Of a stretch of DNA of 19,495 bases, positions 1-8,366 are shown in pieces (position 1 is the stretch's first letter; every line of letters starts with the position of its first letter). The DNA lies in NCBI GenBank assembly GCA_043801585.1, contig JAZDLX010000039.1:1-19495 (forward strand). The letters are read 5' to 3'. The translations under genes were made by a program, and so were the position numbers. This DNA is from a bacterium (GTDB lineage: Bacteria; Electryoneota; Electryoneia; Electryoneales; Electryoneaceae). Below the pieces are notes generated by a model that was given only the letters and a program-made list of their open reading frames with translations, ran no database searches and was not told the origin of the DNA.

Positions 1-31
1 ATGTTTGAAGTGTAACTCTCGGATAAAACAA

Positions 32-68
32 AGATTCTTCATCCGCCGGCTGGCGGATTCAGAATGAC
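32..68 (-). repeat. GTCA-tagged (CGTC-type) REP-like palindromic element
   Basis: Minus strand reads GTCATTCTGAATCCGCCAGCCGGCGGATGAAGAATCT: GTCA tag, ATTCT..AGAAT outer stem, ATCCGCC/GGCGGAT inner hairpin. Same architecture as the elements at 9799, 10171 and 10237. Shares the flanks ATAAAACA and GACTAC with the copy at 10228-10265. Confidence 0.75.
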
Positions 69-241
69 TACGGTGCGATTTCTCTTCTTTCTATTTTTCC
101 AACACTTTTGAATGCTGTTTTTTTTTGATTATTACAAAGAAAAACTGATTGTCTAACACCCCTGTTCTAGTCTTGACCCTAATATAATTTAAATCAAAGG
201 TGCTTGGGACAGTATTCTGTTCTTCGGATTAATTCAGATGG

Positions 242-814
242 TTAACTCGACGGACGTTTTTCCATGTACCGGCGTCCGATGCGAGACCACGCAACGGGCA
301 CAACCAAGGCGAATATCAGCACATTACTGACCAGGTGGGTAATGGCAAATGGAATGCCCGCAATCAGATAGGGCCACCAGGAACTCAATGGAACCATTAG
401 ACCGGCAGGAAAAGCGAGATTGGTAATCAGATCGTAAAACAGTGTAGCGGCTGCCGCGAGAGATCCGCCGATCCACGCACGACGCAAAGGATTTGCCCGG
501 TCGTAGGAAAAACGGACGAGACCAAAAAGGACCCCCGTAGTCGCTTCTCCCAGCATCTGGGTCAGCCACACCGGGGGATAGGGAATCCCGAAGATATTCA
601 ACGAGCCGAAAATCGCCATCGCCAGTGTTCCAACGATCGCACCCGGGAGCGGGCCCATCATCAGACCTGCCATCGCAACCGTTGCGGTGACCAGTTCCAC
701 GTTCGGGATCGCGATCAGCAGATAACCACTGGCAACAGCCGCGGCCGTCATCAATGCGATCCGAACCGTTCGTCTCGTGCCACCTGTCGTGACGTTGTGA
801 AGGGAGGAGGTCAT
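242..814 (-). CDS. ECF transporter S component (substrate-binding membrane protein, CbrT-like)
   Basis: 190 aa, very hydrophobic with about 5-6 predicted TM segments. Has the IPNVELVT...A-G...G...GA.VG pattern and a C-terminal G.PF...H..SN pattern typical of S components. GAAGGG RBS; starts 21 bp after the rplS stop. Substrate not determinable from sequence. Confidence 0.75.
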   Translation of the reverse strand: MTSSLHNVTTGGTRRTVRIALMTAAAVASGYLLIAIPNVELVTATVAMAGLMMGPLPGAIVGTLAMAIFGSLNIFGIPYPPVWLTQMLGEATTGVLFGLVRFSYDRANPLRRAWIGGSLAAAATLFYDLITNLAFPAGLMVPLSSWWPYLIAGIPFAITHLVSNVLIFALVVPVAWSRIGRRYMEKRPSS

Positions 815-835
815 GACCCTTCCGAGAAGCTTCGA

Positions 836-1363
836 TCAGGAATTTTCTGTGGTTTTGCCCGACTTCTTCGCAGCTTTCTTCCGCGGTTTTGCAGTGGCTT
901 CTCCGTTTGCCGCTTTCGCCGCCTTTTTCTCGGCCTTGACAGCCCGTTTGGCCGCAATGTTCTGCGCGCGGGTGGCTACCTTGGCCGCTTTTTCCTCAAC
1001 CGACAGTGTGCTGGTCGTTTCCTTCTCGCGGACACGGGCTTTCTTGCCGACACGGTCGCGGAGGTAATACAGCTTGGACCGGCGGACACCACCTTCTTTT
1101 TCCACCTCAACTTTGGCCACGGAAGGAGATGTGACGGGAAAAACGCGCTCCACGCCGACACCGCTTGAAATCTTGCGAACGGTGAACGTGAGGTTCGCGC
1201 CACGGCCGCTCATCGCCACGACGGTCCCCTTGAAAATCTGAATGCGCTCCTTCTGACCTTCAACAACACGAACGTGCACAGCGATCGTGTCGCCCGGGGT
1301 GAATTGCGGAATGTCATCGCGCACTGTGCGGCGATTCAGCTCCTGAATGATCTGGTCCGACAT
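836..1363 (-). CDS. rplS: 50S ribosomal protein L19 with a basic Lys/Ala-rich C-terminal extension
   Basis: Motifs [45 protein letters not shown]. Start moved from 1399 to ATG 1363 (MSDQ), which has an AAAGGG RBS. Follows trmD as is canonical. Confidence 0.98.
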   Translation of the reverse strand: MSDQIIQELNRRTVRDDIPQFTPGDTIAVHVRVVEGQKERIQIFKGTVVAMSGRGANLTFTVRKISSGVGVERVFPVTSPSVAKVEVEKEGGVRRSKLYYLRDRVGKKARVREKETTSTLSVEEKAAKVATRAQNIAAKRAVKAEKKAAKAANGEATAKPRKKAAKKSGKTTENS

Positions 1364-1412
1364 GGTACGTCCCTTTATCACAGCGTTGACTTTTTTCATG
1401 CATCAGGCGGTG

Positions 1413-2162
1413 TTATCCACCGTGTTTCTTTTTCTTTTTCGTTCCCTTTTCCGATTCCGGGTCTCCGTAGCGCTCGATCCATCGCCGGTAAAGGTCCGGG
1501 CGAATTGTTCGTGTCCGTTCGAGCGCCTGCTGTTGCCGCCATTTCTCCAGCTTGGCGTGGTGGCCCGAGAGCAGGATCTCCGGTACCTTGTGGCCCTCCC
1601 AGACCGCGGGCTGGGTGTAATGGGGGAGATCCAGCAATCCCCGGGTAAAACTGTCCCCTGCTGCGGAATCCGGATCGCCGAGCACACCGGGAAGCAACCG
1701 GACGACGGCATCCACTACCACTGCCGCCGCAAGTTCGCCACCCGTGAGGATGTAATCCCCGATGGATACTTCCAAATCGACGAATTCGTCGATAGCGCGC
1801 TGATCCACACCCTTGTAATGCCCGCAAAGGATCGTCAGACGGGGCCGCGCGGCCAGTTCCTCCACAAGCTCCTGCGTCAGCGTTCTGCCCTGAGGGCTGG
1901 TCAGGATCACCAGCGGTTTCGGCTCAGGCCGCTTTTCGCGCAGATGACGGAGCGCCGCCGCGATGGGTTCCGGTTTCAGCACCATTCCGGCACCGCCGCC
2001 GAACAGCTTGTCGTCCACGGTGCCGTGTTTGTCCTCGGCGAAATCCCGCAACTGGACCAGATCGGTCTGCACGATCCCAAATTCGTGCGCTCGTTTCAGC
2101 ATCGATTCACCGAGGATCGACTCGATTCCCTCGGGGAAGAGAGTAACAATTTCAATGAACAT
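1413..2162 (-). CDS. trmD: tRNA (guanine37-N1)-methyltransferase TrmD
   Basis: Motifs IVTLFPE, VDDKLFGGGAGMVLKPEP, SPQG, CGHYKGVDQR, SIGDYILTGGE, VPEILLSGHH. The homologous N-terminus begins at MFIEIV (ATG 2162), not 2291. Confidence 0.98.
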   Translation of the reverse strand: MFIEIVTLFPEGIESILGESMLKRAHEFGIVQTDLVQLRDFAEDKHGTVDDKLFGGGAGMVLKPEPIAAALRHLREKRPEPKPLVILTSPQGRTLTQELVEELAARPRLTILCGHYKGVDQRAIDEFVDLEVSIGDYILTGGELAAAVVVDAVVRLLPGVLGDPDSAAGDSFTRGLLDLPHYTQPAVWEGHKVPEILLSGHHAKLEKWRQQQALERTRTIRPDLYRRWIERYGDPESEKGTKKKKKHGG

Positions 2163-2183
2163 CCTCGGTGTATCCAGCCGAGG
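2163..2183 (-). promoter_or_regulatory. Hairpin occluding the trmD translation initiation region
   Basis: CCTCGG-ctggataca-CCGAGG lies immediately 5' of the trmD ATG, with the GAGG in the 3' arm. Confidence 0.5.
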
Positions 2184-2408
2184 CGTATCGTCCTTCCTGT
2201 AGCCCATTTTCCATCTCCAGCAGGGTCCTTCAGGAAGGGTGGAAAGGTAACGTTCCGGCCTTCCGTTGTCACGCACCTGCGGTGCTTTCAAGAGTCCTAT
2301 GAAAAATCCAGACAGTTTAACATTTCTTGACCACTCAGGTTGAATAGTCTATCAGGCGATGCAATTGGAAATGGTTAACGGTCTGAATTTTTTCCCTGCC
2401 CGCCATTT

Positions 2409-2975
2409 TTACTCATCACTCTCGGTATCGTTGGAAGATTCCGAATCCACCAGCCCTTCAGGAAGTGTGACCTCAATACGACGGTTTTTTATGTCGATCG
2501 AAACGATGACATCCCGGATCACGGGAATCAGCACCTCGCCCAACGGCCCTGTGACGCGCCAGATGTCGTTCGCGGGCGTCTCCAAGACTTCCTGCAGATG
2601 TCCGAGATTGCCGAGCCGGTTACAGACAACTTCGCAGCCGATCACCTCGTCGATGTAATACCGATCGTCGGGCAATGGATATCGATCGTCTTCGTCAATG
2701 AACAGTTCCGAACCGACGAGCGGTTCGGCGAGGTCACGGCGCACAACGTCGGCGAAACGGGCGTACACCATGCCGCCCTCCTGACGCACCCGTTTGAAGG
2801 TCAGGTAGCGTTCTTCGCCACCGGGCAACGCCGCCCAGACCCCTTCCATCTCCTGGAATCTGTCGGGACGCCAGGTCATGGGCAGAATTTTCAGATCACC
2901 ACGAAGCCCTCGCGCCTTGACGATTCGTCCGACAAGAACTCGTCGCTGAGGATCGGGCGAATGTGGTGAGCCCAT
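2409..2975 (-). CDS. rimM: 16S rRNA processing protein RimM
   Basis: Motifs VGRIVKARGLRGDLKI, YYIDEVIGC.V, LETPANDIW.V, LIPVIRDVIVSIDI...RIEV..PEGL. GGAGG RBS; canonical position. Confidence 0.96.
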   Translation of the reverse strand: MGSPHSPDPQRRVLVGRIVKARGLRGDLKILPMTWRPDRFQEMEGVWAALPGGEERYLTFKRVRQEGGMVYARFADVVRRDLAEPLVGSELFIDEDDRYPLPDDRYYIDEVIGCEVVCNRLGNLGHLQEVLETPANDIWRVTGPLGEVLIPVIRDVIVSIDIKNRRIEVTLPEGLVDSESSNDTESDE

Positions 2976-2989
2976 GTTCCCGTGGCCTC

Positions 2990-3244
2990 CTAATCGCCAG
3001 GCGTGCTCGGATCGTTGCTGACCTCGAGCATGGCGCGGCGACCCTTGCGCGCGGATACTGCCGTGAGCAGGGTCCGCATCGCCTTGACATTGCGTCCGTC
3101 CTTGCCGATTACTCGGCCAAGATCCTCGGGAGCGACAGAGAGCACGTACAGATCTCGTTCCTCCTCCTGGATCGATTCAAGACGAACCTCTTCCGGCCGC
3201 TCGACCAGATGCTGCGAGATGAACTTGATGAAATCGTCCAGCAC
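2990..3244 (-). CDS. khpA: KH domain RNA-binding protein KhpA (YlqC family)
   Basis: 84 aa with LVERPEEV and V.PEDLGRVIGKDGRN (GxxG loop). GTG start with AGGAGG RBS; lies between rpsP and rimM. Confidence 0.93.
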   Translation of the reverse strand: MLDDFIKFISQHLVERPEEVRLESIQEEERDLYVLSVAPEDLGRVIGKDGRNVKAMRTLLTAVSARKGRRAMLEVSNDPSTPGD

Positions 3245-3381
3245 TGTGCCTCCTGCTCAGGGTTCACAGTCACCGGATCCGGTCGCGTTCAGACGTTCAC
3301 GGACTTCGTGCGAAGCCCCCCCAAGATCACGACGACACTGCCCGCGACACCATACGCAACGGTGTCTCCGCCGAAAAGCCT

Positions 3382-4167
3382 TTACTCCGACTTCTCCTCG
3401 GCGTCCGGTTTGGTATCTTCCGCGGCTTCAGCAGCAGGCTCTTCAGCCTTGGCCTCTTCCGCCTTGGGTTCTTCCGCTTTCACCTCTGCAGCCTTGGCTT
3501 TTTCCGCCTTGGCCTTTTCAGCCTTGGGTTTTTCTGTCTTCGCTTCTGCAGCCGGCGCTTTTTCAGCCTTGGCTTTTTCTGCCTTCACTTCTGCAGCCGG
3601 GGCCTCTTCAGCCGTGGTTTTTTCTGTCTTCGCTTCTGCAGTCGGGGCCTCTTCCGCCTTGGGTTCCTCCGCAGGAGCTTTCTGGGTCTTGGCTGCCTCC
3701 GCTGCTTTGGCTGCCTGCTGCGTCTTTGCGGCGGCTTCCGCTTCCTCGCGCGCCTTCTTTTCAGCCTCTTCGGCTTCCTGCAAGGCTTTCTCTTTCTTCG
3801 CGAGGTCGGCGTTCTTCGCCTCTTGAATCTTGGACATTTCTACACCGAAATGACGCTCGCGGTGTTCTTTGACAGCCTCTTCGATCTTCACCTGGTCATA
3901 GTCGCGCTTGGACATATCCCAGCGCAGCATGACACCGTCAAAGCGGAAGAGGTTGCGAACGGTGTCCGAAATCTGAGCGCCGCTGTTCAGCCATTTCAGT
4001 GCGAGATCGTGATCGATTTTGATCACGCGCGGTTTCGACACAGGATCGTAGACGCCGATTTTATCGATATAGGCGCCATCCCGGCGCTTTCTTTCGTCCA
4101 CGGCGACAATACGGTAGAAGGGACGCTTTTTACGACCCAACCGGGTGAGCCTGATCTTTACTGCCAC
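3382..4167 (-). CDS. rpsP: 30S ribosomal protein S16 with a very long Ala/Glu/Lys-rich C-terminal extension
   Basis: N-terminal [36 protein letters not shown] and WL..GAQ.SDTV. AAGGAGG RBS with GTG start. 261 aa total versus a core of roughly 80-90 aa. Confidence 0.97.
   Translation of the reverse strand: MAVKIRLTRLGRKKRPFYRIVAVDERKRRDGAYIDKIGVYDPVSKPRVIKIDHDLALKWLNSGAQISDTVRNLFRFDGVMLRWDMSKRDYDQVKIEEAVKEHRERHFGVEMSKIQEAKNADLAKKEKALQEAEEAEKKAREEAEAAAKTQQAAKAAEAAKTQKAPAEEPKAEEAPTAEAKTEKTTAEEAPAAEVKAEKAKAEKAPAAEAKTEKPKAEKAKAEKAKAAEVKAEEPKAEEAKAEEPAAEAAEDTKPDAEEKSE
3430..3690 (-). repeat. Degenerate coding tandem repeats in the S16 tail ([17 protein letters not shown])
   Basis: Exact 23-bp duplication at 3529-3551 and 3619-3641. 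Exact 21-bp duplication at 3451-3471 and 3646-3666. Many 15-bp-period units. Confidence 0.85.
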
Positions 4168-4179
4168 GGTTTTCCTCCT

Positions 4180-5508
4180 TTATGCGGGCGGCAAAGGGAA
4201 CCCATCGGGCAGGCCTTTGGGTATCTTTCCACCCATCCTCTTGAATAGTTTTCTCATCTGGTCGAACTGGTTCAGCAGCCGGTTGACCTCCTGAACCGAG
4301 GTTCCGCTTCCGAGTGCGATCCGTTTGCGCCTGCTGCCGTTGATGATCTGCGGCCGGCGCCGCTCTTCGGACGTCATCGAGAGGATGATCGCCTCGGTGT
4401 GCTTCATTTCCTTCGGGTCGACCTCGACGCCTTTCAGCGCCTTGCCGGCTCCCGGGATCATCTTGAGCAGCCCCTCAAGCGGGCCCATCTTCGAAACCTG
4501 ATGCAGCTGTTCGAGAAAATCCTCAAGGTCGAACTGCTGTTTTTTCAGTTTCAGGGCGAGTTTTTCGGCCGCCTCGAAATCCACGGCCTGCTGCGCCTTC
4601 TCGACGAGGCTGACGATGTCGCCCATGCCGAGAATCCGGTCCGCCATGCGATCCGGATGAAATTCCTCGAAATCCTCGAGCTTCTCGCCAATACCGGCGA
4701 AACGGATCGGTGCGCCGGAAACCGCACGCACACTAAGCGCAGCGCCACCACGGGCGTCCCCATCCAGTTTCGTCAGGATCACGCCGGTCACGTCAAGTGC
4801 GTCCGAAAAGGCCTTCGCCGAATTGACCGCGTCCTGACCGGTCATCGAGTCGGCGACAAATAGGATTTCAGCCGGTCGAATCCGTTCGGCCATCGCACTC
4901 AATTCGGCCATCAGGGCGTCGTCCACGTGGAGACGTCCCGCCGTGTCCACAATCAGGGTGTCATATCCCTGGCGGCGAGCGGTTTCTTTCGCTGCGGCGG
5001 CAGCCTCCACGGGTGTCGCGCTGCGATCCGCAAAGACCGGCACTCCGGCCATCTCGCCGGTCCGTTCAAGCTGCTCCACCGCCGCCGGACGCTGCAAGTC
5101 GCACGCCGCGAGAATGGGACGCATTCCCTGCTTTGCCAGGTGGCGGCCAAGCTTGCCGCAGGTGGTCGTTTTTCCAGAACCCTGAAGACCCACCATCATC
5201 AACACAGTGGGGGGCTCGTGGCTCCGTTTGAGCGGACGGAAGGTGCCTCCCAGCAGTTCCGCCATCTCGTCACGAAGGATCTTGACCACCTGTTGGGCCG
5301 GAGTGATCGACTTGATCACCTCGGAACCCACAGCGCGCTCTTCAACGCGCTTCAGAAAATCCTTCGCTACGGCGTAATGGACGTCCGCCTCAAGCAGAAT
5401 GCGACGCACATCGCGAAGGGCAGCCCTGACATCCTGCTCGGTGAGCTTGCCACGGCCTTTCAGTTTCTTGAAAAAGCCATCAAGTTTGTCGCTCAACTCT
5501 CCGAACAC
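4180..5508 (-). CDS. ffh: Signal recognition particle protein Ffh
   Basis: GLQGSGKTT, DTAGR, TKLDGDARGGAALS, FHPDRMADRILGMGD, and the M-domain motif SMT.EER..P.IINGSR..RIA.GSG. GTG start. Confidence 0.99.
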   Translation of the reverse strand: MFGELSDKLDGFFKKLKGRGKLTEQDVRAALRDVRRILLEADVHYAVAKDFLKRVEERAVGSEVIKSITPAQQVVKILRDEMAELLGGTFRPLKRSHEPPTVLMMVGLQGSGKTTTCGKLGRHLAKQGMRPILAACDLQRPAAVEQLERTGEMAGVPVFADRSATPVEAAAAAKETARRQGYDTLIVDTAGRLHVDDALMAELSAMAERIRPAEILFVADSMTGQDAVNSAKAFSDALDVTGVILTKLDGDARGGAALSVRAVSGAPIRFAGIGEKLEDFEEFHPDRMADRILGMGDIVSLVEKAQQAVDFEAAEKLALKLKKQQFDLEDFLEQLHQVSKMGPLEGLLKMIPGAGKALKGVEVDPKEMKHTEAIILSMTSEERRRPQIINGSRRKRIALGSGTSVQEVNRLLNQFDQMRKLFKRMGGKIPKGLPDGFPLPPA

Positions 5509-5577
5509 GCCGAACCTTTTCGTAAACCTTCAACAGGGCCCTAAAGTACCTCATGGAAAGGGCTTCTCGCCGGGATT

Positions 5578-6081
5578 TCAGCGTCCCTCGCGGAGCTTGT
5601 CACAATACCGTTCGAGGATGGTTTCGACGACATTCGTTGTCGAACGTTCCCCGACGAGCGGCAGGATGACCAATCGTCCACCCGCATGTTCCACGCTCTC
5701 CCTGCCAACGACCTTGTCCGGCGTATAATCGCCACCCTTGATCAGTACATCGGGGGCGAGGGCGTCAATCAGCTTCGCGGGTGTTTCTTCATCGAAAAAC
5801 ACCACCGCATCCACGGATCGCAATCCGAGCAGGATCGCCGCTCGGTCACCTTCCGGGACGATGGGACGGCGTTCTCCCTTGATCAGGCGCACGCTCGCGT
5901 CCGAATTCACACCCACGATGAGGGCATCGCCCTCCTCACGGCACCTTTCCAACAGGTCCACATGGCCCGAATGCAGGATGTCAAAGACCCCGTTGGTGAA
6001 CACGACACTCTTATTACGGGAGGCTAAATCCTTACGCCAGTTGACCGCTTCGTCCCACGCCATCGGCCGTCTGTCTTTCAC
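5578..6081 (-). CDS. rfaE2: D-glycero-beta-D-manno-heptose 1-phosphate adenylyltransferase (HldE domain II)
   Basis: VFTNGVFDILHSGHV, LIVGVNSDASV..IKG..RP, PDVLIKGGDY, STT motifs. Likely start is GTG 6081 with a GGAGG RBS (ATG 6063 is an alternative). The ORF-track start 6333 lies inside the tRNA. Confidence 0.94.
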   Translation of the reverse strand: MKDRRPMAWDEAVNWRKDLASRNKSVVFTNGVFDILHSGHVDLLERCREEGDALIVGVNSDASVRLIKGERRPIVPEGDRAAILLGLRSVDAVVFFDEETPAKLIDALAPDVLIKGGDYTPDKVVGRESVEHAGGRLVILPLVGERSTTNVVETILERYCDKLREGR

Positions 6082-6151
6082 GCTGAACCTCCCGGGATTG
6101 TATGACCTCATCCGAGGGAATGATGACAGCGATGTCCGCTTATGGCAATGG

Positions 6152-6177
6152 AAAAGGCCCCATCCTGGGAGCCTTTT
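6152..6177 (-). terminator. Probable intrinsic (possibly bidirectional) terminator downstream of tRNA-Val
   Basis: Minus strand AAAAGGCTCCCA-GGA-TGGGGCCTTTT forms a stem with a short U run in either orientation. A second hairpin GGCGTTTC/GAAACGCC lies at 6243-6263. Confidence 0.5.
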
Positions 6178-6274
6178 GCGCGTCCATCGCGGGCTGTTCA
6201 TCGCATCGGTGCCCGGGGCATCCCTGCCCGAACCCCCGCCGGGGCGTTTCTCACCGAAACGCCACCCGCATTCG

Positions 6275-6348
6275 TGGGCGCTACTGGAGTTGAACCAGTG
6301 ACCTCTGGTATGTGAGACCAGCGCTCTAACCAACTGAGCTAAGCGCCC
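6275..6348 (-). tRNA. tRNA-Val (anticodon CAC), 3' CCA not encoded
   Basis: GGGCGCT/AGCGCCC acceptor stem, D arm GCTC..GAGC, anticodon arm CTGGT-CTCACAT-ACCAG, T arm ACTGG-TTCAACT-CCAGT. Discriminator A is followed by CGA. Confidence 0.97.
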
Positions 6349-6385
6349 TTACGGCGTTGTCAACCGTTTGCAAAATCAGCCGTAG

Positions 6386-6414
6386 AGTATAGGCCGCAAA
6401 CAGGGGAAAATCAA
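6386..6414 (-). promoter_or_regulatory. Sigma70-type promoter for tRNA-Val
   Basis: TTGATT-N17-TATACT on the minus strand, with the -10 ending 37 bp before the tRNA 5' end and the -35 overlapping the rfaE1 stop codon. Confidence 0.7.
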
Positions 6415-7394
6415 TCCCCATCCTCAGCCATGAGGGCTTCTTTTGTGATCGGTACGACACCAACTTGGCCGATAACGTAACCTGCTGCTTTTGTTGCCAG
6501 TAATGCTGCATCCGTACCGTTCAAACCGGCCATCAGACCGATGGTCAACGTGCCGATCACCGTATCGCCCGCGCCGGACACATCGGTGATCGCCCGGGCG
6601 CGTGTCGGGATGTGATGGGGGGCGTTGGTGTGGGTGAAAAGGCTCATTCCCAACGCGCCCCTCGTGATCAGGACCATGTCCGCTTCGAGGCGCACAAGCA
6701 GGTCCTTTCCACCGCGTTCGATGTCTTTTTCACTGACGAGCCGCCGTCCGAGGGCGATTTCCGCCTCACGAACGTTTGGTTTGACAACGGTCGCTCCGAG
6801 GTAGGAAAAGAAATGATCGCTTTTCGGATCGACCGCCAGCGGGATTTTTCGCTCTTGCGCGATGCCAATCGCGGTTCTGATCACCGTGGGAGTCAATACG
6901 CCCTTGTTGTAATCCTGAAGAATTACCGCATCAGCCCGTTCGACAGCGATACGAACCTGTTCGACAAGCTCGTTTTCAAGATTGCCTTCGATAGGTGTCG
7001 TTGACTCGCGGTCAACGCGAACAACCTGCTGATCTTCTGCAAAAATCCTTGTTTTTGCAGTGGTTGGGCGTCCACTTACGGAAAGCAATCCCTGAATGTC
7101 TGTGTTGCTGGCGGACAGTAGATCTTTGAGCGTCTGGCCGTAAGCGTCTTCGCCCACAAGTCCCACCGCGATGCATTCTACCCCAAGGCTGGCCAGGTTC
7201 AGCACGACATTTCCCGCGCCACCAGGACGTTCGCTGTCTTCGCGGACTTCCACGACCGGAACCGGAGCCTCCGGACTGATACGTCTCACCGCGCCCCAGA
7301 CATATCGATCCAGCATGAAATCCCCAATGACGGCCACACGTTTGCCTTCAACCGTCCGTAAAACCTGTTCAATTGTTTCAATGGGCAGGGGCAT
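6411..7394 (-). CDS. rfaE1: D-glycero-beta-D-manno-heptose-7-phosphate kinase (HldE domain I, PfkB family)
   Basis: VIGDFMLDRYVWG.V.RISPEAPVPVV, GGAGNV, QDYNKGVL, VDPK, PN..EA, ITRG..GM, DVSGAGDTVI. GAGG RBS. Confidence 0.96.
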   Translation of the reverse strand: MPLPIETIEQVLRTVEGKRVAVIGDFMLDRYVWGAVRRISPEAPVPVVEVREDSERPGGAGNVVLNLASLGVECIAVGLVGEDAYGQTLKDLLSASNTDIQGLLSVSGRPTTAKTRIFAEDQQVVRVDRESTTPIEGNLENELVEQVRIAVERADAVILQDYNKGVLTPTVIRTAIGIAQERKIPLAVDPKSDHFFSYLGATVVKPNVREAEIALGRRLVSEKDIERGGKDLLVRLEADMVLITRGALGMSLFTHTNAPHHIPTRARAITDVSGAGDTVIGTLTIGLMAGLNGTDAALLATKAAGYVIGQVGVVPITKEALMAEDGD

Positions 7395-7411
7395 GGGATT
7401 TCCTCATGGTT

Positions 7412-8344
7412 TCAACTGTGTTCGACAGCACCTTGTTCCGGATTTTCTTCGGGGGGACGCGTTTTCCAACGGCGGTGAAGCCAGAGCCATTGTTCAGGCC
7501 GCTGCCGAATCCACTGCTCGATTTCTGCGGTCATGGTCGCAGTCATCCCGACCACATCAGATTGAAAATCCCCCGTTGGAACATATTTCAAGTCATGCAA
7601 ACGCACTTGGATGTCGCTCACCTCATCACGCCACGTCTGCATCATCATGATGTTGGAGTTCAGGCGAAGGGTGAACGTTGCGACACCGCGAGTCGTTGAG
7701 GCAAGCCGGCCGAAGAAGGGAACAAACACTCCCTCGCTTCCGGCGTCCTGATCCAACATGATGGCGATGATTTTGTTGTTTTTGATTGCGCGAACCAGGC
7801 CCTTCGCCGCCCCGCCGCGTTTCATCACATCGATACCGACCGCTTCACGATTTTTGTCCAGAAGGGCGTCGATCCCTTCGTTGGATTGATTTGCGGATAC
7901 TCCCGCGATCTGATATCCTTGCTTGATCATCATGCCCATGATGTTTTCCCAGTTGCCCATGTGGCAAGAGACCATGAAAATGCCTCGTTTTTGGGCGTGG
8001 GCTCTTTTCAGACGATCGAGACTCGCCTGGTCGACATGGACATACCGTTCGATGACCGGGTTCAGTTTCGGCATCAACACCTGTTCAACGGCAAGTGTGC
8101 CGAAATGGCGGTACACCTCGCGGACGGTATGTGCCGCCCACTCCTCTGTTTTGTCCGGGAAGGCGCGGAGCAGCTCCTCACGGGCGTGTTTGACACGCAC
8201 ACCTACGGTGTCATGGAAAAACACACCGAGTCGTCCGCCGAAACGCTGGGCTTTGCGGAAAGGGAGGGCGCCGATAATCGCAATCAGTCCCTTGACGAGG
8301 GCGAGTTCGACAGCAGCCTGAAATTTGCTTTTTCTCTTAGCCAT
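7412..8344 (-). CDS. Lipid A late acyltransferase family protein (LpxL/HtrB/MsbB-like)
   Basis: H(X)4E motif CHMGNWE, DQDAG..GVFVPFFGR.A.T, and IR..PEQWLWLHRRWK. Adjacent to the ADP-heptose genes. Confidence 0.92.
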   Translation of the reverse strand: MAKRKSKFQAAVELALVKGLIAIIGALPFRKAQRFGGRLGVFFHDTVGVRVKHAREELLRAFPDKTEEWAAHTVREVYRHFGTLAVEQVLMPKLNPVIERYVHVDQASLDRLKRAHAQKRGIFMVSCHMGNWENIMGMMIKQGYQIAGVSANQSNEGIDALLDKNREAVGIDVMKRGGAAKGLVRAIKNNKIIAIMLDQDAGSEGVFVPFFGRLASTTRGVATFTLRLNSNIMMMQTWRDEVSDIQVRLHDLKYVPTGDFQSDVVGMTATMTAEIEQWIRQRPEQWLWLHRRWKTRPPEENPEQGAVEHS

Positions 8345-8366
8345 GACGGCAAAGGGTAGTCATTCT

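Noticed and set aside
2163..2291. 43-aa N-terminal extension of TrmD
   Set aside because: TrmD homology starts at MFIEIV, and the extension has no convincing RBS and overlaps hairpins.
1347..2330. 327-aa plus-strand ORF
   Set aside because: Antisense shadow of trmD with no recognisable motifs.
2190..2340. Possible 6S RNA or cobalamin riboswitch in the rimM-trmD gap
   Set aside because: Only short resemblances were found; no continuous 6S rod or B12-box could be built by eye. Kept only as an unassigned structured region.
3245..3381. Hairpins in the rpsP-khpA spacer (GACACCGT/ATGGTGTC on the minus strand)
   Set aside because: No U-tract or recognisable family; could be an ordinary processing or stability hairpin, so too weak to call.
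2963..3872. Two long plus-strand ORFs (287 and 289 aa) with repetitive Ser/Ala or Pro/Leu/Gln content
   Set aside because: Antisense readings of the stop-poor S16 repeat tail and khpA.
6082..6333. N-terminal extension of the rfaE2 ORF
   Set aside because: It runs through the tRNA and its terminator; a good RBS and start exist at 6081.
6275..6348. tRNA as integration site of a genomic island
   Set aside because: No integrase and no duplicated tRNA 3' end was noticed; the flanks are housekeeping genes.
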